Source: Isurus oxyrinchus
Taxonomy: Eukaryota
DNA length: 64,000 nt
Assembly: GCA_026770705.1 (NCBI GenBank)
Contig: JANJGN010000026.1
Coordinates: 37,448,001 to 37,512,000 of the forward strand
Reading direction: 5' to 3'
Shown here: positions 37,501 to 49,530 of the stretch, piece after piece
How positions within the stretch are numbered: position 1 is the first letter of the stretch
How the letters are laid out: each line of letters begins with the position of its first letter
Translations under genes and position numbers: made by a program
The notes under the pieces: generated by a model
Told to the model about the DNA's origin: nothing
Seen by the model: the letters and a program-made list of their open reading frames with translations, nothing else
Databases searched by the model: none

Positions 37501-38837
37501 TGATAAGCAATGGTTTCAAATTAGCCCTTATGCTGTTAATTCTAAGACACCTGTATTTTTATGATAGGTAATATATAATGCATATGTGCACATGCAGGTA
37601 GGTGAGTGCAAAGTTTCATAGAGGTGATCAGCCTGATGATTCATTAGCAGATTGGCATCGGCCTCTCGGTGTTTCTACCACCTCCTCTCCCTGAACAGGA
37701 TGTCAGTTTCGATCAGATTCTCCCCAGTAAATGCCCGGACTGTAGTTCCCGACAAACTGCTGATATCCTGTTGAGTGGAAAATATCTCTGAACAGACTGG
37801 AGACCAAATCCGGGAAACCCCAGGATGTGGTGACCGCTCATCAATACAATCCAGGAAGGAGGACAGGTTGAAATAAAGAAAAACAACTAAATCATACATT
37901 ACTGGTCTACGTGGAAATAAGCAGACAATAAATTTAACCCCTGGATTGAAACATTACTCGACAAGACAAAGAAAGTCTTCTCCTGATGTCGTGCTTTTCC
38001 TGACTCAGGGCGTTCGGAAGCCTTTCCAACTTCAGCAAGTACGTTTCCAGTGAAGTCACTGTTGTGATGTTAGAAGCATTAGTTCCACAGTGGGCAGCGG
38101 AGATGTTTACTTCTCTGCTAGAATGGGTTGTCACTCTGACCCTGGATTAAAAGAATTTGTGGTTCCAGGTATTTTCCGGATACTTTGAACTTGTGGCAAA
38201 TGGCAACCAGACGATTTGGTAACAACATGTCTTTTTCTCACTGTGTTTTTGCCGCATTGAGGAATATTGATCAAAAAATTATGCTGCCCTCCTTATACAG
38301 GCTACCTCGTGATAACGGACCACGAAATACAATGGCTTAGCGAGTTCACTCTCTTGATCTCCTGTGTCATTCTCCTCCACATATCATGCAGTGAGATGGC
38401 ATTGGCAACCATGAACTTGCATTGAGTTTGTCCATGATTATGCGTGGTAAAGTACTGTGGTGGTTTAATGTTGCCTTCTGCAGTATGGGTAACCTGGAAA
38501 CTCTCCTGTTCTTACTGCCTGCCATGAGGCGTATTGAAAGGATTTACAAACTGATAATTAACTTGCTTGTCCGCGTTATGAACGCACACTCGGTGGCGAA
38601 CAAGTCTTGAAATGGGAATTGAACCGGGCACTTCTGACCAAGAGGACAGGGACACTGCTTTTGCTCCGGCGCACCTCGTTCTATGCTATGACAGCAGTAA
38701 TCCACATAAAGGCTCTTGCCCTAAATGCGCAATCGTTTGCGGTGAACTGTCACGACGCCAAGCTATTTCCGCAGCTGTCACCTGTGACAGTGGAGAACTG
38801 ACAGCTTTGTGAGTTTTGCCAAAGATAACGTCTTTCA

Positions 38838-38851
38838 GCGCCATCTAGTGG
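38838..38851 (-). promoter_or_regulatory. CTCF motif
   Basis: CCACTAGATGGCGC, consensus. Confidence 0.78.
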
Positions 38852-39383
38852 AGTCCTGTCTGTGTAACAGCGATTCTCAATCTATTCTCCAATATTGCTG
38901 CATGACATTGCTGGATAATTATTGTCAGATTATTAAGGTTCCTTCGATTTCATTATTACCATCACTGCTGTATTTTTCATTGTTTTGCTTTTCCTACCTT
39001 TACTAGTGAAAACTAATTCCGAGGTTATTTGTCTTAGTTTTCTGACAAGCCTCCGTCATTAAGATGGTAAGCTCTAATTTGCACAGATAGATGAAGTTCA
39101 CTTTCATAAATTCATAAACCCAAAAATGATAAAGTTGGATTGTTCCTTTGTAATAATGGAAGGGTTGATACGGCTCTAATAATCAAATAAGGATATTGAA
39201 TGATGTATATATTTCAATTGAACATTAATCTTTATGTTCTATAATTATAAATATTAAAGTGCTGTGTTATTATGTTAAATTTCACGGATAAAGCGATTTA
39301 CATTTCCCTTTACTGATTTTAGCTGTGTTGCTTTCATCCTGGAGCCCATGGGCGTGTTGTCTTCTCAGTCCCCATGTCGATTC

Positions 39384-39703
39384 AGTTACAGTACAGACTC
39401 CACGCATTTTTACTTTACCGTGTTTCACTGCACTGTTATACACGGCAGCTTCAGCCAGCCGAAACGTGTTAACAGTGAGAGTGGAGGATCCTTTCTCACC
39501 GTTCACAGATGCTGCAAACTTTACCCGAACACTGTCATTTCTGAGAGTGGAGACGAGATACTCGTGAGCTTGATTGGAGAATTGCCTGTACCAGAAAATA
39601 AAGTCATTTGCAGCGAAATTGGCAACATGGTGAAGCGAAATGGTTTGAGCTGCAGTCCTTGGGTAAAATAATACCTGCAATGCCTCCGAGTGACAAGAAA
39701 TGG
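39384..39703 (-). other. Open TCR V-like exon lacking both canonical Cys (family Y); no leader recognised
   Basis: AG/…TISLHHVANF…IFWYRQ…GSSTLTV…AAVYNSAVK; CACGGTA, 23-bp spacer, ACTGTAACT. Confidence 0.8.
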
Positions 39704-40106
39704 CTGCCAAAGCAAACAAAAAAATTTTACATAGCTGTTTATAAAAGGAGAATCAATTAAAATGCTTGTGGATATAGGAATAATAAACTTATCGATCTCT
39801 ATCTATCTCTTTATCTATCTATCTCTCTCCGTGCTTATTTTTCTTTCTTTCGCATATGGATCTTTCTAGGTACATGAGAATCAGAACTCTTTTTCTGCCC
39901 ATCCCTTTATTTGATGTGTTGTAGAACCAAACAGAGAACATTTTATTTAAAATATTTCGATATTCTATGTCTGCAGTAACAGCGAGAGGATGTTGCAACT
40001 TCATCCAGACCGAAGCTTCAAAAAGGAAAGAGTACAATTTCTGAATATCAGCGGAGTTTCAAAAGTTCTTGGTTTGAGGAAAGGGGGTGAAACACGACAA
40101 CAAACA

Positions 40107-40424
40107 AGGTATTGTACAGCCGGATCCGCTCTATGTCTCATTGTGTCCCCATCGCATAATAATGCAATCCGGTGTCCTGGGCCGCGGTGCCATCTATAGA
40201 AATGGTATTGGAATTCTTTGCTCGGTCAACGGACAGTGTGTAGCGTCCTCTGTTCATATTCCTCTGGTATATGGATCCGATAAAGGCAGGAGCCCCTGTT
40301 AGTGCTTGGCTTAACCAGGCTACGGGTACGGCTTGTACGGAAAGCCGACAGTCCAGTTCAACCCGTTCCCGTTCCCGAGACATAATCTGCTCGGGGTGGG
40401 AGCTCTGATCCTCACACTGAGCGG
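40107..40424 (-). pseudogene. TCR V (family E): open exon, second Cys->Tyr, leader disrupted by a SINE
   Basis: EDQSSHPEQ…LDCRL…VAWLSQ…DTGLHYYAMG; CACAATG, 23-bp spacer, ACAATACCT. Confidence 0.85.
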
Positions 40425-40529
40425 CTGCGAAAAAAAGAAAAATCATTCACAGACTGCACGGTATTAAGAGTTTGGTGAAACAAGGCGTCTGATCAGATAC
40501 CTAAACTCACGCTGGTTCCGATTTCCTTC

Positions 40530-40732
40530 TCAAAAAGGGCATTAGCGTTTGCTTAGACAGCAATCGACAATGGCTTCATGATCATCATTAGACTTTCAAT
40601 GGCAGATTTTTTATTAAATTAAAATTCTACCATCTGCTATGGTGGGATTGTGAACCCAGGTTTCGAGCGAACTACTCTCGATCGCTGGAGTACTAGTCCA
40701 GGGGAAGTGCCACTACGTCATCGCCACCCCTC
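40530..40732 (-). mobile_element. SINE 5' half
   Basis: Reverse complement of 12290-12490. Confidence 0.7.
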
Positions 40733-41129
40733 ACACATTGCCTTTTGATGCTGTTTCGGTGCCAGTATGTAATATTGACCAACGCCTCCCCATCTCTCCC
40801 GACCGTTCCCGGCAGCCTTTGACCGCGGCCTGTTCACAGGGTTTATTTTGATCAGAGTGTGTTGCTGGGTCAGAGAATGTTTATGCACAATGAGCAGCTT
40901 TCACAAGGTAGTGACTGTGATCTTTAACACAAACCCAAAGTACAGAGTTCCCCCGCTGACCATTGAGCTTCAGAATGTTTCTTTAATGCTGGAATGTCTT
41001 CTGTTCCCATTAACAATCCCGAGATTGCAAGTTATAATTACTAGGCCAGGATTTCATCCCCCTGACCCCCGTCTCTAAAAGTGCAGTCATTCCTCTATCA
41101 GGACACTGACTGGACTGCAGCTCGGGGTG

Positions 41130-41250
41130 TTTGTATTCAATGTCAGACAGCTCACCGCCGACGGATCTCACAGGCTAATGGAGGCACAAGGAAGTGAGGT
41201 GAGAACATCCTGAGACATGGCAGCAAATTATTGAGAGTGGGGATTAGAAC
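41130..41250 (+). promoter_or_regulatory. Inverted copy of the delta-like V promoter downstream of the 41462 V
   Basis: GGAAGTGAGGTGAGAACATCCTGAGACATGGCAGCAAATTATTGAGAGTGGG. Confidence 0.7.
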
Positions 41251-41461
41251 GGGTGTGTTCATGCCTGATTCTGTGATGGATCTGTTGGTTCGGTCGGATT
41301 CTACAGTTTAAAGCAAACTGGAAACCGTTTCGTGACAGTTTCATTCGAGGTTCATTTGGTTTCCTAGCTGGTTGTGTTTGAGCGACTGACAGTCGTATCT
41401 GCATCTGCGGAGATGCCATATAACCTGCAACGGGCAGCAGCTGGAATCTATAGTTGAAATA

Positions 41462-41933
41462 AATTTTTGTAGAGTGAGTGAGAGAGCGCAGTAATACACG
41501 GCAGCGTCAGACAGCTGCAGAACCGAGATGGTTAAACTGGTGAATTAATTCGAGGTCTGGAGCTTTACAAAGAATAGACTTTAAAGAATATCTGATTTAT
41601 CTTCACCACCACCCTAGTATTTCGCCAATATTAACTCAGGCTGTGAGTCTGGGTGTCGCCGGTACCAGAACAAATAGTAGATGCTCACTGTGGTATCATA
41701 GGTACAGCTTAAAGTTACCGCTTCTCCTTCTGTCTTAACATCTGAGGGACAGCGGCTAATTGACAGAATCTCCATGACTCAGATCTGAAAAGCATGTGGA
41801 AACAGAAAAAGGTCAGACTGACGGCTGTTTAAAATTAACGTTTCAACCATGTTGTTAAAATCAGAGAAAATATGAAACGTGTCTAGTCTGTCAGAAATGC
41901 TCCCCACATAACCCAGATGCTGAGTTGCCGCAT
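41462..41933 (-). pseudogene. Delta-like TCR V pseudogene (paralog of 23630)
   Basis: Leader MRQLSIWVMWGAFL without donor; DLSHGDSVN*; frameshift; DAAVYYCALS; heptamer and spacer collapsed onto nonamer ACAAAAATT. Confidence 0.88.
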
Positions 41934-42691
41934 TGTCGCTGTCCGCTCTGTAAAAGGAGAGTTGGATATTTGAAGATATCTGTTCTAAATGCCACCTTCA
42001 AAAATCTGCTGTCGTGATTCAGGATGTTCTCACCTCACTTTTGTATGTCCCCAGTGGTGTTGTGAGACCGGTAGATGATGAGTTTACGGTCAGTGAACGG
42101 AAACATCCCGGGCCGAGAGACAGTCAGTGTTCTTACAGGGTGAAATGGTTTCGCAGTTAGTCACGTCGGACAGGAGACTGAAACCTTTGGTTAGTTGTTG
42201 TGATCGGAAACATGGGATTGCAAATTGGGTTCTTTATTCTGGCGTCAATTCTTCAGTTCGAGTTCCAGTAGCCTTACCATCAGGGCACAGGTAACTGTGA
42301 TTCCGCTGAGATTTCCATCCTCAATCAGTGAAGTAGTGAACTAACAATCATTCCGCATTTTTCCAGAGTGGTTTTTGCGTCCGCCATATTAAAGGGGTGT
42401 TACCTGCTTTTGCTAAACATGAAACGAGGTAAACATAAATAATAAACTCGTGCTGCAATTTAATCAGCGTTACCATAACTGTCCTTTTCCATGGCCTACA
42501 TTTAAATTTCTGTTTAAATTAGCTTTGCTGAATTGTGACATTCTTTATGTTCGTGATGATTAATCTAAACATCCATAATAGACAGTTTGGATTTGCGATG
42601 AAAGAGAATTTGGAGTGCGGCACACCATTTTTCTTTTAGCAATTTGCCTCTCATGGGTTTGAAGTGGCAGGGAACAGAGCGCGGGTTGAAT

Positions 42692-42935
42692 GTAAAATAC
42701 TGCGGATGCTGGAAATCTGAAATAAAACAGAAAATGCTGGCAAATCTCAGCATCTGGGTGGTGGTGGGGGTGGGGGGGGGTAGTGGGGGGGGAACAAGTT
42801 TAACATTTCGAGTCCGTATGACTCTTTATCAGGGCTATGTTTCCCTCTCCACAGAAGCTGCCAGACCTGCTGAGTTTTTCCAGGTATTTTTGTTTTTGTT
42901 TTGGATTTCCAGCATCCGCAGTTTTTTGCTTTTCT
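42692..42935. mobile_element. Short inverted-repeat derivative of Penelope-like termini
   Basis: ACTGCGGATGCTGGAAATC … GATTTCCAGCATCCGCAGT arms; right arm matches 46765-46850. Confidence 0.8.
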
Positions 42936-43377
42936 CTGAGACATGTTCAGGCGCCTCTGATCAGGTTGTAAGAGGTTAAGCGTTTAATCACCGACAGTTC
43001 CTATTTCTAGGATGTGCAGTTTGAGCTGTCCTGGCTTAATATTCAGAACAGAAGCAAAGGTTTCATATCATTCAACTACAGACTATAACAAGGAAGGTGC
43101 AATGATTATGGATGAAAAATGAAGACAGGCAACGAGACGGAATGATTAGGGAAAATATATCGGAAGGCAGGAGGTCAGTTAAGCTTCCACAGGTGCATCT
43201 GTAAAGTTTATTTTCATTATAAATGTGAGCTGTTGATACAATTTTACAAGTGGACCTCACCTGTTCTTTTTGGGTGTTGTGTTTCATTGCAGTTTATATA
43301 AACCCTGTTAATCTTACGGTGACGGCTGAATTATTGCTTCTGTTTTAATACTACCTCTAACTGGAACACTTGGCGTG

Positions 43378-43880
43378 AGTTTTTGTACAGTATCCGCTAT
43401 ATCACTGCAGCATTGTGGCTTCATGGTACAGAAATACACGGCGGTGTCAGAGAACAGGGCTTTGATAATCATTAACTCAGTAATTTCGGCAGCTTTCCTA
43501 AACGTCGAAGAGAATCTCTCTGTAAAGTCTGGATTCGCTTTGCTATCGCTCCATAGGGATAAAACACAAACTGTGGAGGCTGCCCGGGCTGCTGACCGTA
43601 CCAGAAGAGATAAGGGCTGGGGCCGCTGGTTTTCAACGTGCACTTTATGGTGACATTTCCTTCCTGTTCAACCGTCATTTCAGGTACTGACTGCTCCACT
43701 GTATCTTTATGACTCCATTCTGACATAGATGATGACAATATTTATCGTACATTATCATAACAAGCACTTTGCTATTAACGATGTTTGAGATACGGCAGCC
43801 AGGGGCAGAATGGATTTTTACTGGGAAGCATATACTTACTGAGAGGCGATATAATGAGTGGCGTGAGATAGTTCCACCAG
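43378..43880 (-). pseudogene. TCR V pseudogene (family H)
   Basis: Leader start ATC; WSHKDTVEQ…IKC…LFWYGQ, one frameshift ~43550, DTAVYFCTMKP; CACAATG, 24-bp spacer, ACAAAAACT. Confidence 0.88.
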
Positions 43881-44254
43881 ATGTTCTCTGGGCCTGTAAC
43901 TTTGCAGTCTGTGAAATCCTATGTCAGGGTAGAAAAAGAGATCGCCCTCCCACTGTCCATCCAACCAATGTCAAACTGGAAAAAGCGGCAACAATGTCTA
44001 CTTTAAACAGGGCAGGCAAGGCAAGTCAGAGCGAGAACAGCAAAAGGAAGCTGCGGGCGGGGCTACTGCAGGCAGCTTTGTCACACATAAGATTTATCTA
44101 CTGAATCACACCTCCGAAAATTATATAACTTTCACTCTCTGTAAGAACGGTAGTTTCATCCTTTTCCATATTGCCGGCCAGCAGGCTTGCAAAAGCAGTG
44201 TCCGAGTTAGCAAATTATTCAATAGTAAGCAAAAGCTTCACCAATGACAAAAAG

Positions 44255-46855
44255 TACCTGGAAACACTTAGCGGGTCTGGTAGCATCTGCGGAGAGCAAC
44301 ACAGTTAACATTTCAAGTCCGTATGACTCTTCAACAGATCTAAGTAAAAATAGAAAAGAGGTAAAATATAAGCTGGTTTAAGGTGGGGCGGGGGGTGGGG
44401 GTTGGAGTGCAGGAGGTGTGGTGGGGGGGAACAGGTTGAGCTGGATAAGGGCCAGTGATAGGTGGAGACAGGCAAAAGATGTCATGGACAAAAGGACAAA
44501 GAGGGGTTGAAGGCGGTGATATTATCTAAGGAATGTTCATATTAAGAGTAGTAAGCAGGACAAGCAAGCACAGATAGCCCTAGTGGGGGTGGAGTGGGGT
44601 GAAGGGAAGAGATCGAAATAGGCTAAAAGGTAGAGATAAAACAATGGATGGAAATTCATTTAAAAATAATGAAAATAGGTGGGAAAAGAAAAATCTACAT
44701 AGATTATTGGAAAAAAGGGGCTATCGGAAATGGGGTGGGAATGGAGGACAGAGTTCATGATCTAAAATTGTTCAACTCAATATTCAGTCTGGAAGGCTGT
44801 GAAGTGCCTATTTGGAAGATGAGGTGCTGTTCCTCCAGTTTGCGTTGGGAAGGGACTGACAAGGGGAGAGAGAATCCAGTCCCTTCCCACCTACATCCAC
44901 GATTCCTCTGACACTCTCCATCATATCAACAATTTCCAGTTCTCTGGCCCCAACTGCCTCCTCTTCACTATGGACGTCCAATCCCTCTACACCTCCATCC
45001 TCCACTGGTATGGCCTGATGGCTCTCCACTTCTTCCTCGGACAGAGGCCCGAACAATCGCCATCCACCACTACTCTCCTCTCTCTGGCTGAACTTGTTCT
45101 CTCACTGAACAATTTCTACTTAAACTCCTCTCACTTCCTCCACATAAAAGGTGTGACTATGGGTACCCACATGGGCCCCAGTTATGCCTGTCTCTTTATG
45201 GGGTATGTGGAACATTGTTTGTTCCAGTCCTATTCTGGCCCCCTCCTACAACTCTTTCTCCAGTACATCGATGATTGCTTCAGTGCTGCGTTATGTGTCT
45301 TCTGGAACTGGAAAAATGTATTAATTTTGCTTCCAATTTCCGCCCCTCCATCATTTTCACATGGTCCATCTCTGACACTTCCCTTCCCTTCCTTGACCTC
45401 TCTGTCTCAATCTCTGGTGATAGACTGTCCACCAATATTCATTACAAGCCTACCGAATCCCACAGCCACCTCGAATACAGCTCCTCACACCCCGCTTCCT
45501 GTAAGGACTCCATCCCATTCTCTCAGTTCCTTTGCCTCCATCACATCTGTTCTGATGATGCCTCTTTCAAAAACAGTTCCTCTGACATGTCTCCGTTCTT
45601 CCTTAACCGAGGTTTTCCACCCACGGAGGTTAACAGGGCCCTCAATCATGTCCGGCCCATCTCCCACACATCTGCCCTCACATCTTCTTCTCCCTCCCAG
45701 AACCATGATAGGGCCCCCCTTGCCCTCACTTATCACCACACCAGCCTCCGCATTCAAAGGATCATACTCTGCCATTTCTGCCAACTCCAGCATGATGCCA
45801 CCACCAAACACATCTTCCCTTCACCTCCCTCCCCCTGGCAGCATTCCGCAGGGATCGTTCCCTCTGGGACACCCTGGTCCACTCCTCCATCACCCCCTAC
45901 ACCTCAACCCCTTCCCACAGCACCTTCCCATGCAACCGCTGAAGGTGCTACACCTGCCCATTTACCTCCCATCTCCTCACCGTCCAAGGGCCCAAACACT
46001 CCTTTCAAGTGAAGTAGCATTTCACTTGCACTTCCCTCAATTTAGCCTACTGCATTCGTTGCTCCCAATGCGGTTTCCTCTACATTGGAGAGACCAAACG
46101 CAAACTGGGTGACAGCTTTGTGAATACCTTCGGTCTGTCCGCAAGCATGACCCAGACATCCCTGTCGCTTGCCATTTCAACACTCCACCCTGCTCTCATG
46201 CCCACATGTCCGTCCTTGGACTGCTGCATTGTTCCAGTGAAGCTCAACGCAAACTGGAGGAACAGCACCTCATCTTCCGACTAGGCACTTTACAGCCTTC
46301 CGGACTGAATATTGAGTACAACAATTTTACATCATGAGCTCTCTGATCCATCCCCATCCCCTTTCTGATCCCCCCTTTTTTTCCAATAATTTATGTAGAT
46401 TTTTTTTCCCACCTACTTTCGTTATTTTTAAATGTATTTCCATCTATTGTTTTATCTCTACCTGTTTTCGATCTCTTCCCTTCACCCCACTCCAGCCCAA
46501 CTAGGGCTATCTGTACCTTGCTTGTCCTGCTTACTACCCTTAATTTGGACATCCTTAGATAACATTACCACCTTCAACACCTCTTTGTCCTTTTGTCTAT
46601 GACATCTTTTGGCTATCCCCACCTATCACTGGCCCTCTATCCAGCTCTACCTGTCCCACCACCACACCCCCCACCCCCTTAAACCAGCTTATATTTCACT
46701 TCTTTTCTATTTTTAATTAGTTCTGCTGAAAAGTCATACAGACTTGGAACGTTAACTGTGTTCCTCCCCACAGATGCTGCCAGACCTGCTGAGTTTTTCC
46801 AGGTATTTTTATTTTGGTTTTGGATTTCCAGCATCTGCAGTTTTTTGCTTTTATC
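44255..46855 (+). mobile_element. Penelope-like retroelement (RT + GIY-YIG) with inverted terminal copy
   Basis: MDVQSLYTSI…GVTMGTHMGPSYACLFM…YIDD; YCIRCSQCGFLYIGETKRKLGD at ~46048-46113; 44255-44850 is an inverted copy of ~46250-46805; frameshifted. Confidence 0.92.
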
Positions 46856-47267
46856 TTCATTAGTGATGCAGACTGAAATCAGGACCGAATACATGAGCAA
46901 CAGGATTTGGAGTGGTTCTGTAAGAACGTACCAGGTAGTAGGAAAAGCTTTAAGTTGACATGAAAGGCGAGAAAAAGGAAATATGCACAATTTTCAGAAA
47001 GACTGAAGACACGAGGGGTAAGGAATAACTGGGAAGGGAAACATTTGGAAAAGTAAAAAAGAAGAAATAAGGCATCACCAATCCATTTCTCAATCTCATA
47101 TCTATTAAAAATACAAGGTGCAATTACAAACCAATATGATTGTGCAAGTGGACCTCACTTGCTGCTGTTATTGAGTGCTGTGTTTTGTTGCAATTTTAAG
47201 AATCTCCCTGTCACTCTCACTGTGGAAACTGAATTACCGGTGAGCACAGGCTGAAACTGCCAGTGAG

Positions 47268-47797
47268 GGTTTTTGTACGTGTTTCGCTGTAGGTCTGTAG
47301 CAGTGTGAGCTGCATGGCACAGAAATACACGGCGCCGTCAGGGATCATTGTGTTATTGATCGTTAGTTCTGTAATCCTGTTATTTTTATTAAACATCGAA
47401 GAAAATCGATCCGTGAGGTCGGTGTTCCTGTGCACATTCTCTCCAATAAAATGAAACATGTACATTGGAGGTTTCCCGGGGTGCTGACTATACCAGTACA
47501 CATAAGGGTTAGGATCGCTTGTTTTCAAGATGCAGGTTAGTGTAACATTTCTCTCCTCTTCAACAGTTATTTCAGCAACCAGCTGTTCCACTGTATCTTG
47601 GTGGCTCCATTCTAATATAAACAAAAGCAATAACAACAATCAGTATCAAATTGACTAACATAAACATCATCACTGTTATTTTACTAACAATAACACCTGG
47701 GTCACAGCAGTCAGGAGGAGAATGGAATTTTACTGGAAAGGAAATACTTACTGAGAAGTGAGATAATGACGAGGAGTGGAGCGACTCTGTTTGCCAT
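47268..47797 (-). CDS. Intact TCR alpha/delta V segment (family H); leader 47752-47797, V exon 47308-47611
   Basis: MANRVAPLLVIISLLK/WSHQDTVEQ…TLTC…YWYSQ…DGAVYFCAMQL; CACACTG, 24-bp spacer, ACAAAAACC. Confidence 0.92.
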
Positions 47798-48771
47798 GTT
47801 ACTTCCTGGGTCTGTAACTCTGCAGTGTGAAGAAATCTTCTGTTGGAGCAGAAATGCAGATCCCAGTCCCGCTGCACTGCTGATACCACCAGTGACAGGA
47901 ATGGACCAGCGGCAGTAACCTCTCCAATAACACAATCAGGCCAGAACGACAGCAGCAAATGGAAGCTATGGGCGGGGATACCGCAGTTTTAAAACTGAGC
48001 AAAGTGTGCGGAGACACTCAGCTGCACTTTGAACGGAAATAGTGACGGTTGAATCTCCAGCAGCCTGTGACAATCTGCACTTGCTCACTGTTCACGTGGC
48101 TGAGAAGAAACAGAGTGAAAGGGGCATAAAGAGACCGCGAGCATGAAGACATTGGAATCATAGAATATTATAGCAAGCAATGAGGGCACTCAGTCGATGA
48201 TGCCAGAGCCTCTAGCATGACTATCCATATCTCCAGGCAATAAGATGAATGTAAAAATGAATGTTGCCACAGAGACTCGGGTTCCTACGTGGGAAGGTTC
48301 GGACTGAGGTCAGAATGGCGTGAACAGCACGGGGCTGGATTCCCGACCCGGGTGATGGATTTGTGACCTTCCCCCTTGTCCTGCCGGTGTTAGAGGTCAT
48401 AGCGTGGTGAATTGGACCTGCCCTTTGGCAGAGAACTGAAGAAGATATAAGGTGAACCATCTCAGTTTACCTTGCCTATTCGCATAGAAGTCTCTAATCT
48501 CTGGTGTATTGCCTCTGCACTTTCCCCGAAGTCATGACATTCTCTCTAATTCACCTCGTTCAGAATTGGACACTGACTTCTAGTCGATCGCTAAACAGTG
48601 ATTTATGAAGATTTGACATCACTTTCTGGTTTAACATCCTAAGCACAGTGTATAATTAGTTCCAGTTTAGGTTTCTGGGAGACATTGTCTGATATTTGTC
48701 CTTTGATATGTAAACCAGTGAACACTGAATCCACTCAATGGCCCCATTCTTAATGGATTGAACAGAATCCA

Positions 48772-48785
48772 TTAGCAGAGGGCGT
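48772..48785 (+). promoter_or_regulatory. Degenerate CTCF motif upstream of family-Z promoter
   Basis: TTAGCAGAGGGCGT, same position as the 7097 and 18909 motifs. Confidence 0.55.
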
Positions 48786-48987
48786 TACGATAAAGCATGG
48801 GCCTCACTGAGTCACGTGGTGGAAACGCGAAAGCTAATAGGGAAGATTTCCTGAGTGAGGTCACAATGGGCCCGGCCTCCTGCAGTGTGTGGGTGGAACA
48901 ATGAGCTGAACGGAGCCCAGGTTCCCTCTCTGCTTCTCAATCCCTGGCTCATTCCATTCACATTCAATGAGAGAGAATCAGTCAGAC

Positions 48988-49530
48988 ATGTTTCTGATAA
49001 TTCTGGCGGCTGTGTTTTACAGTAAGTACTGGATGATGTTCATCGAGAAAGTTTAGAAGATTGATGCGAAGAGTTGTATTGGGATTTAATGTACTTAGCG
49101 GTCATATATATTATGGACAGCTTGGTAGATGAGTATTTTTACGCACAGCCAAATAAGTTTAGTTCGATTCTGTTTAACATCGTGCTTTTTTGTTCCTCTA
49201 CATTCACTGGCGGGCTATTTGAAATTCAGTAACTCAATCTCCGATGACATCAATGGTGTCTGAAGGGGGTACGGTGCAGTCAGATTGCGAATTTACAACC
49301 CAGGATTTTTAAAACTTGCGATGCTATCGGCAGAACCCAGCACATGCTCCAACTAGATTATTAGCAAAACCGTTGGCTTTAGGGGAAAGGAAATCTCTGT
49401 GCAATACCTGGCGACTGCTGACAAGTCTGGTTACCTCAATGTAAACGGGTTGATTGTGGAGGTCAGGTTCGTCTATTACTAGGCAATGAAGCACTGTGTC
49501 AGAGAAAAGCCAAGACTCGGCACAAAAGAT
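48988..49530 (+). pseudogene. TCR V pseudogene (family Z)
   Basis: Intact leader MFLIILAAVFY/GTAAGT; acceptor lost; stops; VYY*; CACTGTG, 23-bp spacer, ACAAAAGAT. Confidence 0.85.

Noticed and set aside
44970-46112. 380-aa host gene
   Set aside because: Frameshifted Penelope-like RT; the C-terminal part is out of frame
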